From Eubacteriales bacterium (lineage in GTDB: Bacteria > Bacillota > Clostridia > Oscillospirales > CAG-272): a DNA stretch of 64,000 nucleotides. Location: assembly GCA_045632305.1 (NCBI GenBank), contig JAZQWL010000043.1, forward strand, positions 917 through 64,916, given 5' to 3'. The notes under the pieces are model-generated. The model was not told the DNA's origin. It saw nothing but the letters and a program-made list of their open reading frames with translations, and searched no databases. Position numbers and translations under genes: made by a program. Positions 18,955 through 27,929 of the stretch are shown one piece after another (position 1 is the stretch's first letter; every line of letters begins with the position of its first letter).

Positions 18955-21123
18955 ATGAATAACAAATCCAACAAAAACCGCGCAGGCGGTCATAACAGAT
19001 CCGAAAAAAACCCATTTGATATGAGAGCACCGTTTATTTTCTGCGTAGCGGAGGCGATCGTGATGATCCTCTTTTGCGCGTTTGTATTCAACTTCGCCAA
19101 CACTGAGGTTGCGGTCATCTCCCCCGTTGTAATCGCTTTGCTCGTTGCGGCGGCATACCTTCTTTCTGCGGGCTCGGTTTGTCTTTTCTACATTCTTAAA
19201 TACAGAAAGCTTAAAGCCGCAGACAACAGAGAGAGGGAGTACAATACCGACATTTCGGCAATGTTCCGCTCAACGATCGATTTTCCTTACGCGCTTGTTG
19301 ACCTTCACGGCGATATTAAGGTCATGAACGGCTCGCTTCAGAAAATACTCGGATATTCCAGCGCGGTGAGTCGCATAAACATTTCCGACGTTTGCTCCGT
19401 TCCCTTCCAGCAGATAATGGCAAGAGCCGAAAACCGCGAGGAGTTCAACTCCGGTGACGTTTTCGATCTCCCCGAAGAACATGCTGCGCCCGTAAACCTT
19501 CGCGACGTGCTTTCCGACGGTAAGGTTTACGAGATCGCGTCCTACATTATGAGAAAGCGCGGAGTTACGTATTATCTTATAACCTTCAAGGATATAAATG
19601 ATTTTGATAAGTTAAAGAAAAAGACAGACTTCGAAGAGCCCGTCGTTGCGTACATCATGCTCGACAATCTTCAGGAGCTTGCTCAGTACGTTCGCGCCGA
19701 TTACCGCGCGGCAAGTGCCGAGATCGAAAACATTCTCAAGGATTGGGTGACGGGTATGCGCGGATTTATCCGTGAATGCGACCGCGACAGATATATCGCG
19801 ACCTTCCCCAAGGGCGAGCTTGCATCTCAGATCTCCGACGGCTTCACTATTTTAAAGAATATCATGGGTCTCAAGATCGGTGACAACAGCTTCCCCGTTA
19901 CGGTATCCATGGGTATCGCATCCTTCGAGGGCAGTATGCAGAAGAAGGAAAAGGAGGCGTTCGCGGCGCTTGAGCTTGCTATCAAGCGTGGCGGTAACCA
20001 GGTTGCGGTAAGACAGTCGCTTACCGACGGCTGCAAGTATTTCGGCGGTACGCACAAGACTATGGAAAACAGTACCGCGGTAACCTCCCGCGTGAGCGGA
20101 GAGATACTCGAGGAGCAGATCAAGAATTCCTCCAACGTTCTTATTATGGGACATGCCAATCCCGACTTTGACTCTATCGGTTCATGCGTCGGTATGGCGA
20201 GATTTGTTATGGAGGTAGCGCAGGCGAAGGGCGGCAAGGCGATTCCCGTCAACATCGTGGTGGACAAGGACTGCGAGTCCTTCAAGATCTGTGAGCGTCA
20301 GCTCTCACCTATGAAGATCTACGACGAAATATTTATAAGAAAGGTTGCGGCGGCGGATCTCGTTACTCCCACAACTCTTCTTATCATCTGTGACGTAAAC
20401 AATCCTTACATATTCGAATTTCCCGAGCTTGCAAGAACTGCGCAGAATATTGCGCTTATCGACCATCACCGACTCGGAAGCGAGCTTTCCTACGCCCCCT
20501 TCCTTCAGTACGTTGAGACCACTAAATCCTCGACTAGCGAGATCGTTTCCGAAATATTCATGCAGTCGAGATTTGCAGACACCCTTCACAAGGAAGAGGC
20601 GGAAATTCTCATGTCGGGCATTATGCTTGACACAAACAACTTTACAAGAAATTCGGGCGCGCAGACGTTTGCGACAAGCCATTATCTCTACGGTCGCGGT
20701 GCGCATACCGAGGTCGTGCGCGAGTTCTTCAACGAGCATCTTGAAGAGGTGCTTCTTACAAGCAACTTTGAGGCAAAGACCGAGATCTACCGTGACAGCG
20801 CGGCTATCGCTTGCATGGTGAGTGAGCGCAATTCCGCAGAAGACAGGATCATCGCCGCTAAGGTTGCGAATAATCTTCTTAGCGTTATTGGCGTTGAAGC
20901 GTCGTTCGCGGTAATGAAGATAGGCGATGATATCAGTATTTCCGCTCGTTCGAAGGGACGTGTAAACGTTCAGCTCATTCTTGAACGTCTTTTCGGAGGC
21001 GGACACTTCGACATGGCAGGCGCGCAGCTTCGCGGTACCTCTCTTGAGGACGCGTACGAGCAGCTCAAGGCGGCTATTGACGATTACTATTTGTACGATT
21101 ACGTAAAAACAACCGAAAATTAA
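18955..21123 (+). CDS. gdpP: Cyclic-di-AMP phosphodiesterase GdpP (2 TM, PAS-like, degenerate GGDEF, DHH/DHHA1)
   Basis: MGHANPDFD, IDHHR, LDTNNF and GGGHFDMAG motifs; RGGNQV at the end of the GGDEF-like domain. Confidence 0.9.
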   Translation: MNNKSNKNRAGGHNRSEKNPFDMRAPFIFCVAEAIVMILFCAFVFNFANTEVAVISPVVIALLVAAAYLLSAGSVCLFYILKYRKLKAADNREREYNTDISAMFRSTIDFPYALVDLHGDIKVMNGSLQKILGYSSAVSRINISDVCSVPFQQIMARAENREEFNSGDVFDLPEEHAAPVNLRDVLSDGKVYEIASYIMRKRGVTYYLITFKDINDFDKLKKKTDFEEPVVAYIMLDNLQELAQYVRADYRAASAEIENILKDWVTGMRGFIRECDRDRYIATFPKGELASQISDGFTILKNIMGLKIGDNSFPVTVSMGIASFEGSMQKKEKEAFAALELAIKRGGNQVAVRQSLTDGCKYFGGTHKTMENSTAVTSRVSGEILEEQIKNSSNVLIMGHANPDFDSIGSCVGMARFVMEVAQAKGGKAIPVNIVVDKDCESFKICERQLSPMKIYDEIFIRKVAAADLVTPTTLLIICDVNNPYIFEFPELARTAQNIALIDHHRLGSELSYAPFLQYVETTKSSTSEIVSEIFMQSRFADTLHKEEAEILMSGIMLDTNNFTRNSGAQTFATSHYLYGRGAHTEVVREFFNEHLEEVLLTSNFEAKTEIYRDSAAIACMVSERNSAEDRIIAAKVANNLLSVIGVEASFAVMKIGDDISISARSKGRVNVQLILERLFGGGHFDMAGAQLRGTSLEDAYEQLKAAIDDYYLYDYVKTTEN

Positions 21124-21144
21124 TATAGAAAAGAGGCGTATACA

Positions 21145-21588
21145 ATGAAGGTATTACTTTTGGCAGATGTTAAAGGTCAGGGCAAAAAAGATCAGATCGT
21201 AGACGTATCCGACGGATACGCAAGAAACTTCCTTTTCCCCAAGAAGCTCGCAGTTGTGGCGGATGCGGGAACGCTTGCAGACGCAAAGAACAAGGAAGCG
21301 GCAAAGCAGTTCCGACTCAAGGAAGAAAAGGCGGCGGCAGAGGTGCTTGCAGCTAAAATTAATGAGATCACACTCAAGATCAAGACACAGGCGGGAGCAG
21401 ACGGACGTCTTTACGGCTCCGTTACCACAAAGGATATTGCGGAAAAGCTCAAGGCAGAGTATAAGATCGATATTGATAAAAGAAAATTCAGCTTACAGGA
21501 TCCCATCAAATCCTACGGCACGTACCACGTTGACGTAAAGGTTTATACGGACGTTTCCGCAAAGCTCAAGGTTACGGTTCAGGAGTAA
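21145..21588 (+). CDS. rplI: 50S ribosomal protein L9
   Basis: MKVLLLADVKGQGKK...GYARNFL. Confidence 0.97.
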   Translation: MKVLLLADVKGQGKKDQIVDVSDGYARNFLFPKKLAVVADAGTLADAKNKEAAKQFRLKEEKAAAEVLAAKINEITLKIKTQAGADGRLYGSVTTKDIAEKLKAEYKIDIDKRKFSLQDPIKSYGTYHVDVKVYTDVSAKLKVTVQE

Positions 21589-21591
21589 TTT

Positions 21592-22950
21592 ATGGCAGAG
21601 GATATTATCAGAAAATTGCCCTTCTCCGCGATTGCCGAGCAGTCGCTTCTGGGCTCAATATTGACAGATCCCGCATCCTTCAACTACGTGGCGGATATGG
21701 TCACATCAGAGGATTTCTATATCGATGAGCATAAGCAGATCTATCTCGCTATGCACGAGCTTTTCCTTACGAACAACGAGATCGATATCGTAACTCTTAT
21801 CGACACGCTCGTTAAGAAGGGTATCTATTCAAAGTCGGGCGGCGAGGATTACATCAAGGTCATCGCGCAGACAGTGCCGAATGCGCTCAATATCAAGGAC
21901 TATGCAAAGATAGTTAAGGATAAGAGCGTTCTCCGTCAGCTTATCGACATGTGCAACGACGTGTCCGATGCCGCTTATTCCGAGCAGAACGAGGTATCTC
22001 ACGTGCTTGATTCGGCTCAGCAGAGACTTTACGAGATCACACAGGGCAAGGAAACAAAGAATTTCAGACATATCCGTGAGGTTATTACCGACGTTTATGC
22101 GCACCTGAAGGATCTTACCGTAAATCCCGATGCGGCGCAGGGCACGGCTACGGGCTTCAAGTCCCTTGACAACGTGCTTGCGGGCATGGGCAAGTCGGAT
22201 ATGATCATCGTAGGCGCGCGTCCCGGTATGGGTAAGACGTCCTTCTGTCTTAATATTGCGACTAACGTTGCGGCGCAGACCAAGAAGAAGGTTTGTATCT
22301 TCTCTCTTGAAATGAGCGCAGAGCAGCTTGTAAACAGAATCATCTCCTCCGAGGCGCTTGTTGACAGCCACAGCCTCAGAACGGGTGAGCTTACTCCCGA
22401 GCATTGGCAGCATATCGCTCAGGCAACCAGCCGTCTTGCGGGAACTGATATTTTGATCGACGATACACCCGGTATTACCATTACCGCAATGAAGGCAAAG
22501 CTTCGCCGTGTTGAAAATCTCGGCCTTGTCGTTATCGACTATCTCCAGCTTATGCAGTCCGACCGTCGAATCGACAACAGAACGCAGGAGGTCGGCGAGA
22601 TCTCCCGCGCTATGAAGATCATGGCAAAGGAACTCAACGTACCCGTTGTCTGCTGCGCACAGCTTTCGAGAGGCCCCGAGGCAAGACAGGTAAAGAAGCC
22701 TATGCTTTCCGAGCTTCGTGATTCGGGCTCTATCGAGCAGGATGCCGACGTGGTTATCTTCCTTTATCGTGATGAATATTATAAGACTCAGGAGGGTGAG
22801 AGCGCAGTTCCGTCCGACAGCGAGCAGAATATTGCCGAGATCATCGTAGCAAAGAACCGTCACGGCTCGACCGAGACCGTAAAGGTGGGTTGGACGGGCA
22901 GATACACCAAGTTCCGCGAGCTTGCGAACGAGGATTATCTCCCGAGCTGA
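21592..22950 (+). CDS. dnaB: Replicative DNA helicase
   Basis: ARPGMGKT, IDYLQLM, LRDSGSIEQDAD and KNRHG motifs. Confidence 0.97.
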   Translation: MAEDIIRKLPFSAIAEQSLLGSILTDPASFNYVADMVTSEDFYIDEHKQIYLAMHELFLTNNEIDIVTLIDTLVKKGIYSKSGGEDYIKVIAQTVPNALNIKDYAKIVKDKSVLRQLIDMCNDVSDAAYSEQNEVSHVLDSAQQRLYEITQGKETKNFRHIREVITDVYAHLKDLTVNPDAAQGTATGFKSLDNVLAGMGKSDMIIVGARPGMGKTSFCLNIATNVAAQTKKKVCIFSLEMSAEQLVNRIISSEALVDSHSLRTGELTPEHWQHIAQATSRLAGTDILIDDTPGITITAMKAKLRRVENLGLVVIDYLQLMQSDRRIDNRTQEVGEISRAMKIMAKELNVPVVCCAQLSRGPEARQVKKPMLSELRDSGSIEQDADVVIFLYRDEYYKTQEGESAVPSDSEQNIAEIIVAKNRHGSTETVKVGWTGRYTKFRELANEDYLPS

Positions 22951-22955
22951 TAAAA

Positions 22956-24365
22956 ATGATTAAAAATCCAAAGTATTATAAATCTCCGCACGCTATTGCG
23001 GGGGTGGACGTAAAAGCTCCCGTGCTGGTGGCTCTTTCGGGCGGAGCGGATTCCGTTTCCCTTCTCCATAACGTTGTTGAAGACAGTAAGCTTGCGGGAT
23101 TTCCTGTGTTTGCCGCTCACGTCAATCACAACATACGCCTTGAGGAGTACGGGTGTGAGGCAAAGCGCGACGAGGAGTTTTGCAGAGAGCTTTGCCATCG
23201 GCTCGGCGTAGAGCTTTTCTTTGAAAGCATCGACGTTCCTGCGCTCGCCAAGTTGAGCGGTGAGAGTGTCGAGACCGCGGCAAGACGGGCAAGATACGGC
23301 TTTTTCTCTAAGGTCATGAATGAAAACGGCATTTCTCTACTCCTGACTGCGCATAACGCCACCGACAATTTTGAAACTCAGCTTTTCAATTTTTGTCGAG
23401 GAACGGGTGTTTCGGGCATGGCGGGAATTCCCGAGTGTCGCGCGTTTGACAAAGGCAAATTCGTCGTGCGCCCCATTCTTGCGGCGACCAAGACGGAAAT
23501 TTTACAGTTCTGTGCTGAAAAATCTATTGCCTACGTTACCGACAGCACGAATTTTGAGGTCGACGCGACGAGAAACAAAATAAGAAATCTCATTTTTCCC
23601 GAGCTTGAAAAAATTTTTCCGTCCGCGCAGAGAGCGGCGTCACGCCTTGCGGCTTCCGCGGCTCAGACAGAGGATTACATGAAGTCCGAGGCGCAGAAAT
23701 ACCTTGATGGCGGCGCGTCTGTCACAGACAAAGAAATTTCATTTGAATGCCGCGGTTTTAATGAGCTGCATATTGCGCTTCGGTGCGAGATAATTCTTGC
23801 GGTGGGTGAGGTGCTCGGTATTTCTCTTGAGACGGTTCACATCCGTAGCGCGATTAATCTTGTAGATAGGGCGGATGCTCATTCAAAAATAAATCTGCCG
23901 AGCGGATTTATTCTCGAGATCGAGGACGGGTGTGCATACTTTTCTAAGGAAAGGGAGAAAAACAGTGCTCCCGAATACGAGTTTCCCTTGACTGGCGGCA
24001 TCCTTGAAATTCCGCAGACGGATTTTTGCGTTGTTGCGGGGGAAGAAAATTTGTCGGAAATTGACGGACGAATTTACAGCTTGTATACTTCTGCAATACT
24101 GAAAAGTGATAAAATTAAAGACGGGCTTTTGTCGGGCGGACTTTGTGTGCGTTCGCGCCGCGAGGGTGACAGAATAGTCGACGGCGGCAACACGAAAAAA
24201 CTCAAAAAGCTGATGTGTGACAAAAAGATCCCGATCGGGCTGAGAAGCTCACTTCCCCTCATTTGCTTTGGCGGGGAAATTGTTTACGCTCCCGCTTGCG
24301 CCGTTTGTGACGACGCGAAAAAGATCGGCGAGAGCGAAACTCAAATTTTTATTTACAAAAAATAA
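22956..24365 (+). CDS. tilS: tRNA(Ile)-lysidine synthetase
   Basis: SGGADS PP-loop, HVNH, AHNATD and RNKIR motifs; upstream of hpt-ftsH. Confidence 0.93.
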   Translation: MIKNPKYYKSPHAIAGVDVKAPVLVALSGGADSVSLLHNVVEDSKLAGFPVFAAHVNHNIRLEEYGCEAKRDEEFCRELCHRLGVELFFESIDVPALAKLSGESVETAARRARYGFFSKVMNENGISLLLTAHNATDNFETQLFNFCRGTGVSGMAGIPECRAFDKGKFVVRPILAATKTEILQFCAEKSIAYVTDSTNFEVDATRNKIRNLIFPELEKIFPSAQRAASRLAASAAQTEDYMKSEAQKYLDGGASVTDKEISFECRGFNELHIALRCEIILAVGEVLGISLETVHIRSAINLVDRADAHSKINLPSGFILEIEDGCAYFSKEREKNSAPEYEFPLTGGILEIPQTDFCVVAGEENLSEIDGRIYSLYTSAILKSDKIKDGLLSGGLCVRSRREGDRIVDGGNTKKLKKLMCDKKIPIGLRSSLPLICFGGEIVYAPACAVCDDAKKIGESETQIFIYKK

Positions 24366-24392
24366 TAAACATATTAAAAAAGGAAAACAATT

Positions 24393-24938
24393 ATGAACAA
24401 GGACGTAAAGAGCATACTTATTGATGAAGCAGAGCTTGTAAAGATCAACGACGAGCTTGGTCGCAAAATAACTGCGGATTACAAGGATTCAAATAAGCCC
24501 CTCGTTGTTATCGTTATACTCAAGGGCTCTCTTGTTTTCGCGGCTGACGTTATAAGAAAGATAGAGCTTCCGCTCCAGCTTGAATTTATGAAGGTTTCTT
24601 CTTACGGCGCGGGAACGAAGACCTCGGGCGAGATCAAGGTTCACCTTGACCTTATGCGCGACGATCTTGATAATCTCAACATTTTGATTATTGAAGATAT
24701 AGTTGACACGGGAAGAACTCTCTCCCGCCTCACTCAGCTCCTTCGCAACAGAAATGCTCACAGTGTAAAGACATGTACTCTTCTCGATAAGCCCTCGCGC
24801 CGCGAGGTTGATTTTGCCCCCGATTATGTGGGTAGAACGATTCCCGACGAGTTCGTTGTCGGTTACGGCCTTGATTTCGATGAAAAATACAGAAATCTTC
24901 CTTACGTGGGTATTCTTGATCCCAAGGTTTATTCCTGA
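24393..24938 (+). CDS. hpt: Hypoxanthine phosphoribosyltransferase
   Basis: IIEDIVDTGRT PRPP motif and FVVGYGLD. Confidence 0.95.
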   Translation: MNKDVKSILIDEAELVKINDELGRKITADYKDSNKPLVVIVILKGSLVFAADVIRKIELPLQLEFMKVSSYGAGTKTSGEIKVHLDLMRDDLDNLNILIIEDIVDTGRTLSRLTQLLRNRNAHSVKTCTLLDKPSRREVDFAPDYVGRTIPDEFVVGYGLDFDEKYRNLPYVGILDPKVYS

Positions 24939-25004
24939 TTTTAATACGCAGTTAATATTTTTACTGTATAATAATCCATATTTTGTTCCAACACGGAGGT
25001 GTAA

Positions 25005-27128
25005 ATGAAAAAGCATAAACACGTCTTATTCTACCTTCTCCTGACTGTCGGAGTGATCCTCGTAGCGGCGCTTATCTTCAGCCCTACGAAGAGCAGCGAA
25101 AAGAAAACGTATAGCGATATCGTTCAGCTTTTCGAGGAAGACAAGGTAGAAAGCTTCGAAATTAATGAAAATGACAATAAGCTCATCTTAACGCTCCGCC
25201 CCGCTGACGGCGCGGAAAAGGGAGAGGAGCTTGTCTATAAAATGGGCGGTATCAGTCTTAACCGCTTCGTAAACGATGACGCTCTTCAGGCGGCAATCAA
25301 AGCAAACGGTGTTAAATACGATTATATTCCCGTAAAAGAAACGAGCGCGTGGGTGTCCTATCTTCCCATCATTCTGCTTGTTGTCCTTATGGTGGTTATG
25401 TATATCATAGCGGCTAAGTCCATGACGGGTGGCGCAGGCGGTAAGATAAACAACTTCGGTAAGGCGAAGGCAAAGACCGCGGCGGCGTTCAACGATAAAA
25501 ACAAGGTTACGTTCAAGGACGTAGCGGGCGCGGACGAGGAAAAGGAAGAGCTTGAGGAGATCGTTGATTATCTCAAGGCACCTGAAAAGTTCACAAAGCT
25601 CGGCGCAAAGATTCCCCATGGCGTATTGCTCATGGGCCCTCCCGGTACGGGTAAAACGCTTCTCGCGAAGGCGGTTGCGGGTGAAGCGGGTGTTCCCTTC
25701 TTCTCCATTTCGGGCTCCGACTTCGTTGAAATGTACGTAGGTGTGGGCGCATCGCGTGTGCGCGACCTCTTCGATACCGCAAGAAAAGCTCCCGCATCCA
25801 TTATCTTTATCGATGAAATTGACGCAGTGGGCAGACACCGTGGCGCAGGTCTCGGTGGCGGTCACGATGAGCGTGAGCAGACACTCAACCAGCTTCTCGT
25901 TGAAATGGACGGCTTCGGATCGCACGACGGCATTATCGTAATAGCCGCGACAAACCGCCCCGACATCCTCGACCCCGCTCTTCTCCGTCCCGGACGTTTT
26001 GACCGTCAGATCACGGTTAACCGCCCCGATATGAACGGTAGAGTTGAGATCCTCAAGGTGCATGCAAGAAATAAGCCCTTTGAATCAACGGTTGACTTCT
26101 CCGCTATTGCAAGAATGACGGTTGGCTTTACCGGTGCAGACCTCGCTAACCTTCTTAACGAGGCGGCACTCTTGGCAACAAGACGCGGAAAGAGTCTTAT
26201 CGGAAACGATGATATTGAGGAAGCGTTCATAAAGGTTATTGCAGGCCCCAAGAAGAAGAGCCGCGTAATGAAAGAGGAAGAAAAGAAGAATACGGCTTAT
26301 CACGAGGCAGGTCACGCAATGCTTGCGTACTATCTTGACCTCGATCCCGTTCAGCAGATTTCCATTATTCCCTCGGGCGGCGCTTTGGGTTATACCCTCA
26401 ATCCTCCCGCAGAGGACAAATACAGCGTATATAAGAGCGAAATGAAGAAGCAGATATCCATGCTTCTTGCAGGACGCGCGGCAGAAGAGATCATCAACGG
26501 CGACGTTTCGGGCGGCGCATCTAACGATATCCAGAGAGCGACCGCTACCGCAAAGCAGATGGTAACCCGCCTCGGTATGTCCGACAAGCTCGGTCCCCGC
26601 TGCTTCGGTACTGATCACAGTGAGGTGTTCCTTGGCCGTGACTTCTCCTCCTCCCAGGACTATTCCGAAGAGATTGCGGCGCAGATCGACTCCGAAATTC
26701 ATGAAATTATTGCGAATGCTTATCAGGTTGCAAAGGATGTTCTCACCGAGCATATCGACAAGCTTCACTTCATCGCCGAGTTCCTCTTCAAGAACGAGGT
26801 TATGGACGCAGATCAGTTCCGTGCGATCATGGAACGCGATAGCGTGACGATTGAGGAGATCGAGCAGATAGTTGCCGACAAGAAGGCAAGAAGCCGCGAG
26901 GATAATGAAAGACGCGCCCGTGAAGACGAGGAAAGACGCGCTCGTGAGGCGGCTGAAAACCCCGCAAATTCCACATCTGACGCTCCTACTCTTATCGATA
27001 CGGATAAGGATTTCTCGGTGCCTACAGACGCTGATTTCGGCGTTGAGGAGGCGGTGGAGACCGATAAGGTTGAGCCCGAATCCGAAGAGTCCGAGGTTGA
27101 ATCCGACAAGGAAAATACTGAAGAATAA
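25005..27128 (+). CDS. ftsH: ATP-dependent zinc metalloprotease FtsH
   Basis: Two TMs, [21 protein letters not shown] and HEAGH. Confidence 0.97.
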   Translation: MKKHKHVLFYLLLTVGVILVAALIFSPTKSSEKKTYSDIVQLFEEDKVESFEINENDNKLILTLRPADGAEKGEELVYKMGGISLNRFVNDDALQAAIKANGVKYDYIPVKETSAWVSYLPIILLVVLMVVMYIIAAKSMTGGAGGKINNFGKAKAKTAAAFNDKNKVTFKDVAGADEEKEELEEIVDYLKAPEKFTKLGAKIPHGVLLMGPPGTGKTLLAKAVAGEAGVPFFSISGSDFVEMYVGVGASRVRDLFDTARKAPASIIFIDEIDAVGRHRGAGLGGGHDEREQTLNQLLVEMDGFGSHDGIIVIAATNRPDILDPALLRPGRFDRQITVNRPDMNGRVEILKVHARNKPFESTVDFSAIARMTVGFTGADLANLLNEAALLATRRGKSLIGNDDIEEAFIKVIAGPKKKSRVMKEEEKKNTAYHEAGHAMLAYYLDLDPVQQISIIPSGGALGYTLNPPAEDKYSVYKSEMKKQISMLLAGRAAEEIINGDVSGGASNDIQRATATAKQMVTRLGMSDKLGPRCFGTDHSEVFLGRDFSSSQDYSEEIAAQIDSEIHEIIANAYQVAKDVLTEHIDKLHFIAEFLFKNEVMDADQFRAIMERDSVTIEEIEQIVADKKARSREDNERRAREDEERRAREAAENPANSTSDAPTLIDTDKDFSVPTDADFGVEEAVETDKVEPESEESEVESDKENTEE

Positions 27129-27134
27129 AAAGTA

Positions 27135-27164
27135 CCCGCCGCAGGATTTTGCGGCGGGCTTTTT
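27135..27164 (+). terminator. Intrinsic terminator after ftsH
   Basis: CCCGCCGCAGG-ATT-TTGCGGCGGG followed by CTTTTT. Confidence 0.8.
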
Positions 27165-27177
27165 GCATATATTTAGG

Positions 27178-27804
27178 TTATCCTACCATCTCGGGAAGCT
27201 CTTCAAAATAAGAAATATTTACTCTTGCGTTTTTCAATATGTCTGAATGATTTTCAATTGCGTCGATTAATTGTTTTTCACAAACGGCATAATCAGAGAC
27301 GTTGTCATATTCAAGGGATATATACGGTCCGAAATCGGCGGCATGATATTCAAGATTTGTGATGCCAAGCGTTTCGGCAACCGATTCGTTTAGAGATTTA
27401 AAGTATTCCTTTTCTTTTTTGCAGTGTTCCTCGTATGCTTTGTCCGAATCACCGAGAATTTCAGTGAGCTTTTCTATTGAAAATTCATTTGTTACGGACT
27501 TATCTTCTATTGTTATGATTGTTACGTGAACGGTATATTTTCTGGGGGCATTCGGGTCTATGTTCTTTTGTTTCAATTCCTCAAGCAAGTTAGAGGAGCT
27601 TCTCATCTCGAATGGGAGGTCTTCGTCTTGTATGGAAGAATTGTGTTCTGTGGTTGGCTCTTCGTTAGAGCGTTCTTCGGTGGGGGCTTCTGAGGAGTTC
27701 TCTTCTGATAATGAATGTTCGCCTGTGTCAATAAGCTTGTCGCAGGAAGCAAAACAGCATAAGAGCAATCCACCGAGTAATATTGTCGCAATAATTTGTT
27801 TCAT
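27178..27804 (-). CDS. Hypothetical lipoprotein (orphan)
   Basis: Signal peptide with lipobox FAS-C, Ser/Glu/Thr-rich linker, GGAGG RBS, own promoter. Confidence 0.75.
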   Translation of the reverse strand: MKQIIATILLGGLLLCCFASCDKLIDTGEHSLSEENSSEAPTEERSNEEPTTEHNSSIQDEDLPFEMRSSSNLLEELKQKNIDPNAPRKYTVHVTIITIEDKSVTNEFSIEKLTEILGDSDKAYEEHCKKEKEYFKSLNESVAETLGITNLEYHAADFGPYISLEYDNVSDYAVCEKQLIDAIENHSDILKNARVNISYFEELPEMVG

Positions 27805-27845
27805 AAAGCGTACCTCCTTTTAAAATAAGGGATTTCCCTACTTAT

Positions 27846-27874
27846 ATTATAGCATATTATACTTTTGTTGTCAA
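27846..27874 (-). promoter_or_regulatory. Consensus sigmaA promoter of the orphan lipoprotein
   Basis: Minus strand TTGACA-17 nt-TATAAT with a TG extension. Confidence 0.8.
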
Positions 27875-27891
27875 GAGTGATTAATTTATAG

Positions 27892-27925
27892 AAAAAGCCA
27901 CTCGCTGTGCGAGTGGCTTTATTTT
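27892..27925 (-). terminator. Intrinsic terminator after the class I LysRS gene
   Basis: AAAAAGCCACTCGC-TGT-GCGAGTGGCTTT. Confidence 0.8.
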
Positions 27926-27929
27926 GCAA

